A stretch of 64,000 nt of DNA from Candidatus Eiseniibacteriota bacterium (GCA_044222065.1 JBGAOA010000001.1:1-64000), one strand, 5' to 3'; shown: positions 9,105 through 19,533, numbered from the stretch's first letter. The notes: generated from the sequence alone by a model not told the origin. Translations and numbers: made by a program.

Positions 9105-9860
9105 ATGGAAGACGTCTTCCGCGCCCTCAGCGACCCGAGCCGACGCCTGCTCCTCGACCAGCTGTTCCGCAAGGACGGTCAGACCGTGACCGAGCTGGAC
9201 GCGGCGCTGCCCGAGGTCACCCGGTTCGCCACCATGAAGCACCTGCGGATCCTCGAGGCCGCCGGACTCGTGGTGACGCGCCGGGTCGGACGCGAGAAGC
9301 GGCACTTCCTGAATCCCGTGCCCATCCGCCTCGTGCACGACCGGTGGATCCGGAAGTACGCCGAACCGATCGTCGGGGCGATGAGCGAACTCAAACGCAC
9401 GCTGGAGGCAGAGGACATGAACGCACCGACGCATGTCTACGAAGTGCTCATCCGCACGACGCCCGAGAAGTTGTGGAAGGCGCTGACCGACCCCTCGTTC
9501 ACGCAGAAGTACTTCTACTCGAGCCGCGTCGTTTCGACGTGGAAGCCGGGAGCCGCGATCGAGTACCTGCTCCCGGGCGACGTGAAGGCGATCGAAGGCA
9601 CGCTGATCGACGTCGTGCCGAACCGGAAGTTCTCGCACTCGTGGCACGCGCTCTGGGACGAGAAGATCCGCGCCGACGCGCCGAGCAAGGTGACGTGGGA
9701 GGTCACGCCGATGGGCGGCGTGTGCAAGCTCACGGTGACGCACGAGGACCTGGGCGCGGAGACGCGCCGCCAGATCACGGGCGGCTACGTGAACATCGTG
9801 AGCGGGCTCAAGTCGCTGCTCGAGACGGGCGAGCCGCTCGTCATCGAACAGATGTCGTAG
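9105..9860 (+). CDS. ArsR/SmtB HTH regulator fused to an SRPBCC (AHSA1-like) domain
   Basis: VFRALSDPSRRLLLD...KHLRILEAAGLV...GREKRHFLN, then YEVLIRTTPEKLWKALT...SGLKSLLETG. Confidence 0.9.
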   Translation: MEDVFRALSDPSRRLLLDQLFRKDGQTVTELDAALPEVTRFATMKHLRILEAAGLVVTRRVGREKRHFLNPVPIRLVHDRWIRKYAEPIVGAMSELKRTLEAEDMNAPTHVYEVLIRTTPEKLWKALTDPSFTQKYFYSSRVVSTWKPGAAIEYLLPGDVKAIEGTLIDVVPNRKFSHSWHALWDEKIRADAPSKVTWEVTPMGGVCKLTVTHEDLGAETRRQITGGYVNIVSGLKSLLETGEPLVIEQMS

Positions 9861-9920
9861 TCCGGAGACGGGCGGCCCGCGGTGCGCACGCGCCGCGGGC
9901 GCCGGCTCCGTCCGCTCGGC

Positions 9921-12089
9921 TCAGGCCGCGCGGCGATCCGGCGGGGCTTCGGCCGCCGCCGCCCGCGTCGCGGCGCGGTCGCGCCAGGCGAGCGACGGCA
10001 TCACGTGGACGACGTGGGCCGCGACGGACGCGAGCCACACGTCGAGCGCGCCCGCGCCGGACCAGGGCAGGATCGGCAGCCGCACGACGAGGCACGTCAC
10101 GACGGCGAGGAACCCCGAGAGCAGCGCGAGCGAGACGAAGGCGCGCGCCTGCACCGCCTCGTGCGGTTCGGCCGCCGTGACCGACCAGGCCTCGGGACCG
10201 GGCGTGCCGTCGTCCGCGAGCAGCGCCGCGTGCGACGCGAGCGCCGACGCGCGCCACTCGCCGAGCGCCGACTCGAGCCGGCCGAGCGCGCGATCGAACT
10301 CGAACAGCGAGGCGGCCTCGAGCGCCGTGAGTCGGAACGACCCGCGCACGCCGTCCGTGCGCGCCCACGTCACGAGCAGCGCGTGCGTGCGCACCCAGCC
10401 GGGCGGGCCGTCCACGCGCTCGACCGCGAGCAGTTCGTCCGCCGCGAGCGCGAACGACACGCCGTCGCCGCGGTAGCGCAGGCGCGCGCCCTCGAACGTG
10501 ATCACGCCGACGTCCCAGTTGTAGAACCCCTCGTACACGCGCGGCCCCGCGTGCGGCGCGAGTCCGACGAAGTGGCGCGGCGAGCCCTCGGGCCCGGGAT
10601 AGCGGGCCTCGAGCGCCGAACGCAGCCGCGGGAACGCGGCGATCGCGAGCCGTCCCGAGAGCAGCACGAGCGCGGCGAGCGCGGACAGCGCCGCGAGCGC
10701 GAGCGCGCCGAGCCGCGCGAAGCCTCCGAGCTGCGCGACGTTCACGATCCACGCGCACAGCGTCGCGACCGCCGTGCTCCCGAACAGCAGCAGCCACGCG
10801 TTCCGGTACAGCGTCGCGTGCCTGTAGGGCGTCGTGAACGCGCGCACGTCGCCGGCCACGACGGCCGGCACCGCGTATCGGTCGCCCGCGAGCGCCTCGC
10901 CCGCGAGCAGCGGCGCGATGCGCTCGGACGCGAGCAGACCGCGGGCCGCGAGCGCGCGGGCGCGCGACTCGACCGAGGGGTGCGTGAGCAGCATCCCGGT
11001 CCACCGGCTCCAGCGCACGGGCAGCCGGGCGACCGACGCCAGCTTCACGAGTCCGGCGATCAGCGCTTCGCCGTCTCCCGAGAGCGCGACCGCGCGCCGG
11101 TCCGCGTCGAACTCGAGGTGGCGCCGATGCGCCATCGAGACGTACCAGCCGGCGAGGAGCAGGCCGAGGCCCACGAGAGAGGAGGGCAGCGCGAGAACCG
11201 CGACGATTCCGGGCACGAGCGCGAGCGTGCCGACGAGCGACAGCCGGCGGGGATGTCCGCCGGCGAGATGGCCGACCTCGTGGGCGAGCACGGCGTTCAC
11301 TTCGCGGCGCGTGAGCCGCTCGAGCAGCAGGTCCGTGAGCACGACGACGTTGCCCTGCACGGCGAACGCGTTCGCCATGCGCGAGCGCTTCATCGGCACC
11401 ACGTAGAGCTGGCGGAAGCGCACGCGCGCGCGCGCCGCGAGCCCGAACACGGCTTCGCGCAGTTCACCTTCGTCGGCGGCGTGCGGCGTGTAGCCCACGC
11501 TGCCGCGCCAGCGGCTCGCGCAAAACACCGCCGCCGCGACCGTCAGCACCGCGAACCCGACGGCGAGCGTCCACTGGAGCCGCGTCGCGGACACGATCGC
11601 GTTCACGAACGCGAACGACGGCACGGCGAAGAGCGCGAATGCCCACGCGCGCTCGCTACGCGTGTCGGCTTCGGCGCGGTCCGAGACGCCGAGCTTCCGC
11701 GACAGTTCGCCGAGCGCGGACGTCGCCGCCGTCGTCGCGAGCAGGAGCGGCGCGAATGCGACGCCCCAGAGCGCCGGGCCGAGCGCGGCGTGCGGCACGC
11801 CGCGGAACCAGTACCAGGACAGCGGCGCGTGGCCCGCGGCGCCGAGCGCTCCGAACCACGACAGCCACATCGCGAGGAGCGCGAACTGCGTCACGAGCAG
11901 TTGACCGAGCCACAGGCTCGCGATCGGATCGTCGCCGGGGACGCGGGCCGCGCGCGGCGAGGCGGCGCGACGGAGCACGACGGCGCGCGACAGCGCGATC
12001 GCCGCGAGCGGCAGCGCGAGCGCGCCAGCGAGGTCGGCGAGCGCCGCGACGTCCCGCGGCACGAGGGTGAGCGGCCCGACGGAGAGCAT
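9921..12089 (-). CDS. M48 family membrane zinc metalloprotease
   Basis: ANAFA, AVLAHEVGH, EFDADRRA, THPSVESR; many transmembrane segments. Confidence 0.8.
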   Translation of the reverse strand: MLSVGPLTLVPRDVAALADLAGALALPLAAIALSRAVVLRRAASPRAARVPGDDPIASLWLGQLLVTQFALLAMWLSWFGALGAAGHAPLSWYWFRGVPHAALGPALWGVAFAPLLLATTAATSALGELSRKLGVSDRAEADTRSERAWAFALFAVPSFAFVNAIVSATRLQWTLAVGFAVLTVAAAVFCASRWRGSVGYTPHAADEGELREAVFGLAARARVRFRQLYVVPMKRSRMANAFAVQGNVVVLTDLLLERLTRREVNAVLAHEVGHLAGGHPRRLSLVGTLALVPGIVAVLALPSSLVGLGLLLAGWYVSMAHRRHLEFDADRRAVALSGDGEALIAGLVKLASVARLPVRWSRWTGMLLTHPSVESRARALAARGLLASERIAPLLAGEALAGDRYAVPAVVAGDVRAFTTPYRHATLYRNAWLLLFGSTAVATLCAWIVNVAQLGGFARLGALALAALSALAALVLLSGRLAIAAFPRLRSALEARYPGPEGSPRHFVGLAPHAGPRVYEGFYNWDVGVITFEGARLRYRGDGVSFALAADELLAVERVDGPPGWVRTHALLVTWARTDGVRGSFRLTALEAASLFEFDRALGRLESALGEWRASALASHAALLADDGTPGPEAWSVTAAEPHEAVQARAFVSLALLSGFLAVVTCLVVRLPILPWSGAGALDVWLASVAAHVVHVMPSLAWRDRAATRAAAAEAPPDRRAA

Positions 12090-12211
12090 GCGGCCGTTAT
12101 CGGCCCGCGCCGCGGACCGCTGAAGCGCGCGAACGGGGCGGTCCGCGCGGCCGCGCGCGTGCTATCGTGCGCGCCCGCCTCGCTCCGCCGCTCCCGTCCA
12201 TGGAGGGACCC

Positions 12212-13744
12212 GTGCTCGAATCCACCGCCCCGCTCTTCCACGCGGCCAAGTACTCGGATCCCCAGGCGGTGCTCGAGGCGATCTTCGGTTACCGCGAGTT
12301 CCGCCCCGGCCAGCGGAAGATCATCGACGCGGTGCTCGCGGGGAAGGACTGCATCGGCGTCATGCCGACGGGCGCGGGCAAGTCGCTCACGTTCCAGGTC
12401 CCGGCGAAGATCCTGCCGGGCGCGGTGCTCGTCGTCTCGCCGCTGATCTCGCTCATGAAGGACCAGGTCGACGCGCTCACGCGCTACGGCTTCCGCGCCG
12501 CGGCGCTCAACTCGACGATCGAGTTCGAGGAGCGGCGCGCGATCCTCGCGTCGTTGCGCCGCGGCGAGATGGAACTCGTGTACCTCGCGCCCGAGGCGCT
12601 CGAAGGGGGGCTGCGCGATCTCATCGCCGGCTGCCCGATCGCGCTCGTCGTCGTGGACGAGGCGCACTGCATCAGCCAGTGGGGGCACGATTTCAGGCCC
12701 GCGTACCGGCAGCTGCGCGACTTGAAGTCTCACCTCGGCGACATTCCGGTGCTCGCGCTCACCGCGACCGCGACGCGCAAGGTGGTCGGCGACATCCTGC
12801 GCCAGCTCGGCATGAAGAAGCCCGACGGCTTCAAGGGCTCGTTCTTCCGCGCGAACCTCGTCATCACCGCGCAGCGGAAGGGTGGCGGCCGCAACAGCCG
12901 CAAGGACCTGCTCGGCGTGATCGCGCGACACCGCGGCGAGAGCGGCATCGTGTATTGCATGAGCCGGCGCAGCGTGGACTCGACGACCGAATGGCTGCGC
13001 GCGCGCGGCGTGAAGGCCGCGCCCTACCACGCCGGCATGCCCGACGAGGAGCGCCACCGCTCGCAGGACGCGTTCGCGCGCGACGAGGTGGACGTCGTCG
13101 TGGCGACCGTCGCGTTCGGCATGGGCATCGACAAGAGCAACGTGCGCTTCGTCGTCCATCGCGACATGCCGAAGAGCGTCGAGGCCTGGTACCAGGAGAT
13201 CGGGCGCGCCGGCCGCGACGGCCTGCCGAGCGACTGCGTGCTGTTCTACTCGTGGGCCGACGTGATCGGCTACGACTCGTTCCTGAACGACGTGACCGAC
13301 GCCGCGGTGCGCGAGGACACGCGCCGGAAGACCGTGGACCTGTTCCGCATGGTGGACGGCGGCGGCTGCCGGCATCAGGCGCTCGTGCGCTACTTCGACG
13401 AGGCGATCGAGCCGTGCGGCGGATCGTGCGACGTGTGCCGCGGCGCCACGCTCGACGACCTCGTCGTCGTGACGCGGCCCGCGAGCCTCGGCCCCGCGCG
13501 CCGCGCCGACCCCGACGACGTCGCGGACCCCGAGCTGTTCGACCGGCTGCGCGCGCTCCGCAAGCAGCTCGCCGACGCCGAGGGCGTGCCCGCGTACATC
13601 GTGTTCAGCGACGCCGTGCTGAAGCAGATGGCGCGCTGCGTCCCGACGACGCGCGAGGGCCTCGCGCTGCTCTCGGGGATAGGACCCGTGAAGCTCGAAC
13701 GCTATGGGGAGGCGTTCCTCGAGGTGCTACGCTCCGCGCGCTGA
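12212..13744 (+). CDS. recQ: ATP-dependent DNA helicase RecQ with HRDC domain
   Basis: MPTGAGKS, VDEAHCISQWGHDFRP, ATVAFGMGIDK, QEIGRAGRDG, Zn-binding cysteines, HRDC (VPAYIVFSD). GGAGG precedes GTG 12212; ATG 12200 is an alternative start. Confidence 0.93.
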   Translation: MLESTAPLFHAAKYSDPQAVLEAIFGYREFRPGQRKIIDAVLAGKDCIGVMPTGAGKSLTFQVPAKILPGAVLVVSPLISLMKDQVDALTRYGFRAAALNSTIEFEERRAILASLRRGEMELVYLAPEALEGGLRDLIAGCPIALVVVDEAHCISQWGHDFRPAYRQLRDLKSHLGDIPVLALTATATRKVVGDILRQLGMKKPDGFKGSFFRANLVITAQRKGGGRNSRKDLLGVIARHRGESGIVYCMSRRSVDSTTEWLRARGVKAAPYHAGMPDEERHRSQDAFARDEVDVVVATVAFGMGIDKSNVRFVVHRDMPKSVEAWYQEIGRAGRDGLPSDCVLFYSWADVIGYDSFLNDVTDAAVREDTRRKTVDLFRMVDGGGCRHQALVRYFDEAIEPCGGSCDVCRGATLDDLVVVTRPASLGPARRADPDDVADPELFDRLRALRKQLADAEGVPAYIVFSDAVLKQMARCVPTTREGLALLSGIGPVKLERYGEAFLEVLRSAR

Positions 13745-13778
13745 TCCGACCGGGCTCGCTCCAGTTCGGAGGTTGGGT

Positions 13779-14390
13779 GTGAGGCGGTGGCCAACCGCAA
13801 TCGTGAGCGGCGTCCTGCTCTTCCTGCTCGCGCCCCGTTCCTCGAGCGCCGCGCCGATATTCGTAGAGGCCCTGCTCGGCGCGGGGGCCGGCGCGCCACC
13901 GAGCGAGGCTTCCTCGATGGGACTGCTCACGCTCGAACTCGACGGCACCGTGGGCTGGTACGCCGACGATCGAACGACGTACTCCGCGACGCTGAGCGGA
14001 ATGGAATGGCCGTGCTTCTGTGCCACGATTCCCGAAGCCACTCTTCTCGAGTCCGAGAGCTGGAGCGTCGTGATTTCGCGCGAGTGGGGCGGTCGCCCCG
14101 GAAGAGCGCGAATGCTCTCGGTCGGGCTCGGCGCCGGTCGGATCCGCACCGAGGGGCACGTCGCCCTCGATCCGCCCGCCGTCGGTCGCAGGGACGAGTC
14201 CCGTCGCGAGGTCGGCCCTGCCCTCGCGCTGGAGTTCGGACAGCGCTGGCTTCCTCGTCCGGGTCCGATCGGACTCGCGGTGCGCGCTCGCGCTCACGCC
14301 GTGGTCGCGCGGCACAGCAGCGTCTGGGGGGCGACGATCCTCTTCGGACTGGCCGTCCATCCGCAGGGGCCACGGACGCTGAATCGCTAA
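13779..14390 (+). CDS. Hypothetical exported protein (possible small beta-barrel)
   Basis: GGAGG RBS, signal-like N-terminus, amphipathic beta-strand patterns. No recognised family. Confidence 0.45.
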   Translation: MRRWPTAIVSGVLLFLLAPRSSSAAPIFVEALLGAGAGAPPSEASSMGLLTLELDGTVGWYADDRTTYSATLSGMEWPCFCATIPEATLLESESWSVVISREWGGRPGRARMLSVGLGAGRIRTEGHVALDPPAVGRRDESRREVGPALALEFGQRWLPRPGPIGLAVRARAHAVVARHSSVWGATILFGLAVHPQGPRTLNR

Positions 14391-14435
14391 ACTGCCCACT
14401 TGTGCACCGCGCCCGCGCTCGCTAATTTCGCGGCC

Positions 14436-15338
14436 GTGCGCGTCGAGTACCGCATCGAGCCCTGCCGGTCGGCCCTGAACCGCGTCAGCGGAATGGGCTT
14501 CGAATGGTCGCTCAACCCCTACATGGGCTGCGCGCACCGCTGCGCCTTCTGCTACGTGCGCGGCTTCGAGCGCCGCGCCGAGCGGCCGGCCGACGACCGC
14601 TACGGCGCGAGCATCCGCGTGAAGGCCAACGTCGCCGACGTGCTCAAGCTCGAACTCGCGCGGCCGTCTTGGAAGCGCGACTCGGTCGCAGTCGGCACCG
14701 CGACCGATCCGTACCAGCCGGCCGAAGGGAAGTTCCGGATCACACGCGCGTGCCTCGAGGCGCTGTGCGCCGCGCGCAATCCGTACGGCCTCATCACGCG
14801 CGGGCCCCTCGTGCTGCGCGATCTCGACGTGCTGCAGGAATCGTCGCGGCGCGCGAAGGTCGGCGTGAGCGTGAGCATTCCGACGCTCGATGAGCGCGTG
14901 TGGAAGACGACCGAGCCCGGCACGTCGCCGCCGGCGGCGCGGATGCGCGCGGTGAAGGCGCTCGTGAGCGCCGGCGTGCGCGCCACGGTCGCGATGGCGC
15001 CGATCCTCCCGGGACTCTCGGACCGGCCTGAGCTCCTCGCCGACGTCGTGCGCGGCGCGCGCGAAGCCGGCGCGTGCGGCATCTGGGTCGGCGTCGTGAA
15101 CCTGCGCGAAGGGACGCGCGAACACTTCTTCGAAGTGCTCGCGCGCGAGTGGCCGGAAGAGCTGCCGCGCTACGAAGCGATGTTCGGCGCGCGCGCCTAC
15201 CCCGCGAAGGCGGTCACGCGACCGATCGAGGAGCGCGTCGCGGCGCTCAAGCACGAGCACGGCGTCGCCGACCGCCGCGCGCTCCGCTGGACGCCGCCCG
15301 AGGACGCGGTGCAGATGGAGATTCCCGGGTGGAGGTGA
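14436..15338 (+). CDS. Radical SAM protein, SplB-like (PA0069/Rv2578c-type)
   Basis: SLNPYMGCAHRCAFCY, GTATDPYQPAE, APILPGLSD. Confidence 0.88.
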   Translation: MRVEYRIEPCRSALNRVSGMGFEWSLNPYMGCAHRCAFCYVRGFERRAERPADDRYGASIRVKANVADVLKLELARPSWKRDSVAVGTATDPYQPAEGKFRITRACLEALCAARNPYGLITRGPLVLRDLDVLQESSRRAKVGVSVSIPTLDERVWKTTEPGTSPPAARMRAVKALVSAGVRATVAMAPILPGLSDRPELLADVVRGAREAGACGIWVGVVNLREGTREHFFEVLAREWPEELPRYEAMFGARAYPAKAVTRPIEERVAALKHEHGVADRRALRWTPPEDAVQMEIPGWR

Positions 15339-15422
15339 GCGGGCGAGGGCGGTAGGGTTCGCGCCGGCGCGAGGCCGCATCGCACGGCCCTCCGCGCCGT
15401 ACCTCCCACCCCCGGAGGCGAC

Positions 15423-16346
15423 ATGCCCCGACCGCTCTTCGCCCGTGGAGCGCATGGATTCCTGATCAACCGCCTGCAACAGTCGCTCGCGACCGACGGC
15501 CACTACACCGGGAACCTCGACGGCGACTTTGGCGGCGGCACCGAACGTGCGGTCGCATCGTTCCAGCGCACGTCGCGTCTCGCCCCGACGGGCCGCGCCG
15601 ACGACGTGACGTGGCGGCGCGTGACGCACACCTCGATTCCGTCGCTGTTCGAGCGCTGCCTGCAGCTAACGGCGAGTCTCGAAGGCCACGGCTTCGGCAT
15701 CGTGCAGGGCAACTTCGACGGCGCTGGACTCACGTGGGGACTCATCGGATTCACGCTGTCGAACGGCGAGATCGCGCGACTCGTGCTCGCCGCGCAGGCC
15801 GCGCAGCCGGTGGTCGTGCTGCGCGCGTTCGGCGACCGGACGACCGAACTGCTCACGCGCATGCGCCAGCCGCTCGCGCGCCAGGTCGCGTGGGGCGATT
15901 CGCTCAGCTCCGGGCGCTACAAGACGGTCGTCGCCGAGCCGTGGCGGAGCGCATTCGCGCGCTTCGGCGCGGAGCCGCTCGTGCAGACGCTTCAGATCCA
16001 GCGCGCACACGACGTGTACTACGCGAACGCGGTCGCGCTCGCCGGCACGCTGGGTCTGGCGAGTGAGCTGGGGGCGGCGCTGTGCTTCGACATCGCGGTG
16101 CAGAACGGCGGCGTGCGTACGGCGGCGAAGTCCGAGATCACGCGGCGCTGGGCGGCGGCGCGGCCGAAGCGCGAGCCCGCGCTGCGGCTCATCGTCGCCG
16201 AGGCGGTCGCGAACGCCGCGAAGGCGCGCTGGCGGTCGGACGTTCTCGAACGCAAGGGCGCGATCGCCCGCGGCGAAGGCTCGATCCACGGCGCGGCGTA
16301 CCGGCTCGAAGGCCTCGGGCTCACCGAAGCGCGCGCGGAGTTCTGA
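15423..16346 (+). CDS. Peptidoglycan-binding domain protein with a putative lysozyme-like catalytic domain
   Basis: LQQSL...LDGDFGGGTERAVASFQ...TGRADDVTW (PG_binding_1), then LEGH...GNFDGAGLTWGLIGFT and FDIAVQNG. Confidence 0.75.
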   Translation: MPRPLFARGAHGFLINRLQQSLATDGHYTGNLDGDFGGGTERAVASFQRTSRLAPTGRADDVTWRRVTHTSIPSLFERCLQLTASLEGHGFGIVQGNFDGAGLTWGLIGFTLSNGEIARLVLAAQAAQPVVVLRAFGDRTTELLTRMRQPLARQVAWGDSLSSGRYKTVVAEPWRSAFARFGAEPLVQTLQIQRAHDVYYANAVALAGTLGLASELGAALCFDIAVQNGGVRTAAKSEITRRWAAARPKREPALRLIVAEAVANAAKARWRSDVLERKGAIARGEGSIHGAAYRLEGLGLTEARAEF

Positions 16347-16464
16347 CGCGGCCGAGCCGCCGCGCTGGAAGTACGTGAACGTGCGGCGGCGGTTCGTATT
16401 CGTCGAAGCTTCGCTCGATTGAGGTACGCGGTGGGCGGTGTTCGAGCCGAATGGGGCGGCGTGG

Positions 16465-17661
16465 TCAGCCGCGCTTGCCCCCGAGCCGCGCGATGCTCGC
16501 GATGCCGAACGCGGGACCGAGCGCGAGGATCGGGAACGCCCACGCCCAGCCGAGCCGCTGCGACAGGACGGGGACGAGCTGGATCGTCGCCATCGTCAGC
16601 AGGAAGCCGAGCGAGGTCTGCAGCATGAGCGCCGTCCCGACGGCGTGCGGCGGCGCGACCTCGGTGATCAGCGCGCTGAACTGCGCCGAGTCGGCGACGA
16701 CGAAGAAGCCCCACACGCACACGAGCGGCACGAGCAGCCAGGGCGAGTGGCCGAACGCGAAGCCGGCGCCGACACAGCACGCGCCCGAGATCGCCATGCA
16801 CCACGTGACGACGCGCGCGTAGCCGAGCCGCGTCGCGACGAGGCCGGCCCACACGCAGCCGAGCGCGCCGCTCGCGATCGCGACGAAGCCGTAGAAGTCG
16901 CCGAGCGCCTGTGCGATCCCGGGTGACGTGCGCTGGAAGCTCGCGGTGAGGAACGCGGGCAGCCACGTCCACATCGCGTACAGCTCCCACATGTGGCCGA
17001 GGTAGCCGCCGAGCGCGAGCCGCGTACGCCGCTCGCTCACCGCTTCGGCGGCGAGCGTCCAGTGGAACGGCCGCCGCGCGAACGGGAACGGCCCGTCGCG
17101 GTAGAACGCGCCGACGGCGATCGCGCCGAGGAGCGCGAGCGCGGACGCGAGCGGGGCGATGTCGCGGCCGGGACGAGCATCGAGCGTGTGATAGAGGTAC
17201 GGCCCCGCCTTGCCGAGCGTGAGCGCGCCGACGAGCGTGCCGATCGCGAGGCCGCGCCGCTCCTTGAACCACGTCGCCATCATCTTCATGGCCGGCGGAT
17301 AGACGCCGGCGAGGAAGAAGCCCGTGAGGAAGCGCGTGACGAGCGCGGCGCCGTAGCCGGGAACGATCGAGAGCGCCGCGTTCGCGAGAGCGGCGAGCAC
17401 GGCGGAGACGGCGAACAGCGCGCGCCCGGGCACGAGGTCGCCGAGGTTCAGCAGCGCCGACAGCGCCGTGCCCGCGACGAAGCCGAGCTGCACGACCGCG
17501 GTGAGCCAGCCGGCGGCGTTGGCGTCGAGCGACCAGCGCTCGCGCAGTTCGGGCAGCAGCGCCGAGCCCACGAACCACAGCCCCATCGCGGGGAGCGTCG
17601 AGAGCGAGACGAGGCCGAGCGCGCGCCAGCGGCCACCGTCGGAGCGAGTCGAGGAGGTCAC
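16465..17661 (-). CDS. MFS transporter
   Basis: About 12 transmembrane segments; LAGVYPPAMK, GYLGHMWELYAMW, ADSAQFSA. Confidence 0.9.
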   Translation of the reverse strand: MTSSTRSDGGRWRALGLVSLSTLPAMGLWFVGSALLPELRERWSLDANAAGWLTAVVQLGFVAGTALSALLNLGDLVPGRALFAVSAVLAALANAALSIVPGYGAALVTRFLTGFFLAGVYPPAMKMMATWFKERRGLAIGTLVGALTLGKAGPYLYHTLDARPGRDIAPLASALALLGAIAVGAFYRDGPFPFARRPFHWTLAAEAVSERRTRLALGGYLGHMWELYAMWTWLPAFLTASFQRTSPGIAQALGDFYGFVAIASGALGCVWAGLVATRLGYARVVTWCMAISGACCVGAGFAFGHSPWLLVPLVCVWGFFVVADSAQFSALITEVAPPHAVGTALMLQTSLGFLLTMATIQLVPVLSQRLGWAWAFPILALGPAFGIASIARLGGKRG

Positions 17662-17808
17662 GGTGCCGGGAAGTTAGCGGCGCGGGGGAGCCGCGTCGAA
17701 CGCGAGGAACGCGTCGGCGCGACCAATTTCCGCGCGGTCGAACGACGCGAAATGCCGGGGCATGCCGCCTCGACGCCCCCGATCGCCGGCGCTATCTTCC
17801 GGCCCGCG

Positions 17809-18609
17809 ATGACCCCGCCCGCCTCGAAGCTCACGACCTCGACGATCGCCGCGCGCATCCCGTACGCGAACGCCGCGCCGTTCTACGCGCTGTGGAACGA
17901 CGCGCCGTTCGCGGTTCGGAACCTCGTGCCGCGCGACCTCGGCCGCGAAGCGGAATCGGGCGGCGTGGACATGGGGCTCATGGCGACGGGCGACTACCTG
18001 CGGCTGCGCGAGCAGTTCGAACCGATGGAGCCCGCGATGGGCGTCGCGACTCGCGGCGCGGTGTTGTCGGTGCTGATGTTCTCGCGCCGGCCGGCCGCGG
18101 CACTCGCGAACGCGATGGTCTCGGTGACGCCCGAGACGAGCACGTCCATACGCCTGCTGCGGCTCCTGCTCGACGTGCGCCGCGGGCTCGAGGGCGTGCG
18201 CTACGTGCGCGGACTCGAGCCCGCGCAGGCGGACGCACTGCTCGTGATCGGCGATCGCGCGATGCGCATGCGCGACAAACGGCCCGAGGGCTTCACGCAC
18301 ACGCTCGACCTCGGCGCCGACTGGCTCGAGTGGACGGGGCTGCCGTTCGTCTACGCGCTGTGGGTCGTGCGGCGCGCGCTCGATCCCGAGATCCGTCACG
18401 AGCTCGGCCAGTTCCTGGAAGCCTCGCTCGCGGCGGGCCTCGCGACGCTGCCCGAAATCGCTCGCCAGCAGACCGAGCCGGGCTGGAGCGCGCTCGAGAC
18501 CGAGTCGTACCTGCGGCGCTTCAACTACCGTCTCGGTCCCGAGCACCTCGAAGGCATGGCGCGCTTCGACGCGCTGCTCCAGCAGCACGGCCTCGTCGAG
18601 CAGGGCTGA
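17809..18609 (+). CDS. mqnA: Chorismate dehydratase (futalosine pathway)
   Basis: IPYANAAP, GAVLSV, STSIRLL, LVIGDRA, DLGADWLEWTGLPFVYALW. Confidence 0.88.
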   Translation: MTPPASKLTTSTIAARIPYANAAPFYALWNDAPFAVRNLVPRDLGREAESGGVDMGLMATGDYLRLREQFEPMEPAMGVATRGAVLSVLMFSRRPAAALANAMVSVTPETSTSIRLLRLLLDVRRGLEGVRYVRGLEPAQADALLVIGDRAMRMRDKRPEGFTHTLDLGADWLEWTGLPFVYALWVVRRALDPEIRHELGQFLEASLAAGLATLPEIARQQTEPGWSALETESYLRRFNYRLGPEHLEGMARFDALLQQHGLVEQG

Positions 18610-18630
18610 GCGCGCGACTCGCGCGCGGGA

Positions 18631-19257
18631 CTAACCGCGGCGCGACCTTGCCGTGACCGGGCGCCGCAGGCTTCCGGACGTTCCGCGCACCGTGCCCGTG
18701 ACGTTCTCGAAGCGCACGTCGCCGCCGCCCGTCGAGACCCGGCCGTCGAGATCGGAATCGGTCACCTCGATCGAGCCGCCGCCGGTGCGCAGGTCCACGC
18801 GACCCTTGAGCTGCCGGAGCTCGAGGCTCCCGCCGCCCGTCGTGCCCTCGATCTCGCCGCTCACGCCCTCGATTTCGATCGAGCCGCCGCTCGACTCGAG
18901 GTGCACGTCGAATCGTCTCGGCACCATGACTTCGATCGTCATCGAGCACGAGTGGCTGTTCCCGGTGTCCGGACGGTAGTCCGACGTCACTTCGACGCCG
19001 CGCTCGGTCGCGTTCACCTCGACGTCGGCGTCGGGGCAGTCCTCGATGTCGCGATGACAGACGACGCGCACCTCGTTGCGGTCCCAGGCGTGGATGACGA
19101 CTCCGCCACCGGACTCGAGATCCACTTCGAGCCGCTGGCCGGGCCGGACCGTCTCGGTGCGCGAGAAGTCCTGCGTTCCGGCGCTGCGGTTGCCCGCGCC
19201 GGCGAAGGCGAGCGCGGGAACGAGGGTCAACAAGGCGGCGGCGGGGGCGAGGCGCAT
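18631..19257 (-). CDS. DUF4097-like beta-strand repeat exported protein
   Basis: Signal peptide; repeated (S/T)GGGS(I/L)E units; IHAWDRNEV. Confidence 0.75.
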   Translation of the reverse strand: MRLAPAAALLTLVPALAFAGAGNRSAGTQDFSRTETVRPGQRLEVDLESGGGVVIHAWDRNEVRVVCHRDIEDCPDADVEVNATERGVEVTSDYRPDTGNSHSCSMTIEVMVPRRFDVHLESSGGSIEIEGVSGEIEGTTGGGSLELRQLKGRVDLRTGGGSIEVTDSDLDGRVSTGGGDVRFENVTGTVRGTSGSLRRPVTARSRRG

Positions 19258-19305
19258 GGAGTCCTCCGAGGATCGAGCGAGTGGCCGACGGAGTGCCGGT
19301 CTCCC

Positions 19306-19336
19306 GGCTTCGACACCGGCGGCGGTCGGAACGTTG
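19306..19336 (-). promoter_or_regulatory. Putative ECF sigma promoter (CAAC-N18-GTCGAAGC)
   Basis: Minus strand reads caac-gttccgaccgccgccggt-gtcgaagcc, about 50 nt upstream of the DUF4097-like gene. Confidence 0.5.
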
Positions 19337-19533
19337 GAACGCGCCGCCGGGCCCCGAGAAACGCCGGGACGACGCCGGGAGAATCGTCTACCGTCCCCGC
19401 GTTTTCGACGCCGCGCCGCCGCGGATCCTCCGGCCCCGGGGGCAACCGCGCGGCCGGCAACTTACGTAGAGAGCATCCGAGTCGCCCGAAGGTCCGCGAA
19501 CGCGGACCGCGCGGCGCCGAGAGGAGGACGGAC

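Noticed and set aside
16350..16440. Possible third copy of the palindromic element
   Set aside because: A weak hairpin is present, but neither the 17-nt core nor the terminal arms can be found.
19458..19484. Fourth ECF-like promoter upstream of the TIGR00266 gene
   Set aside because: CAAC-N19-GTCG is present but lacks the GAAGC tail and TT(C/T)CG of the other three, so it is too weak to call.
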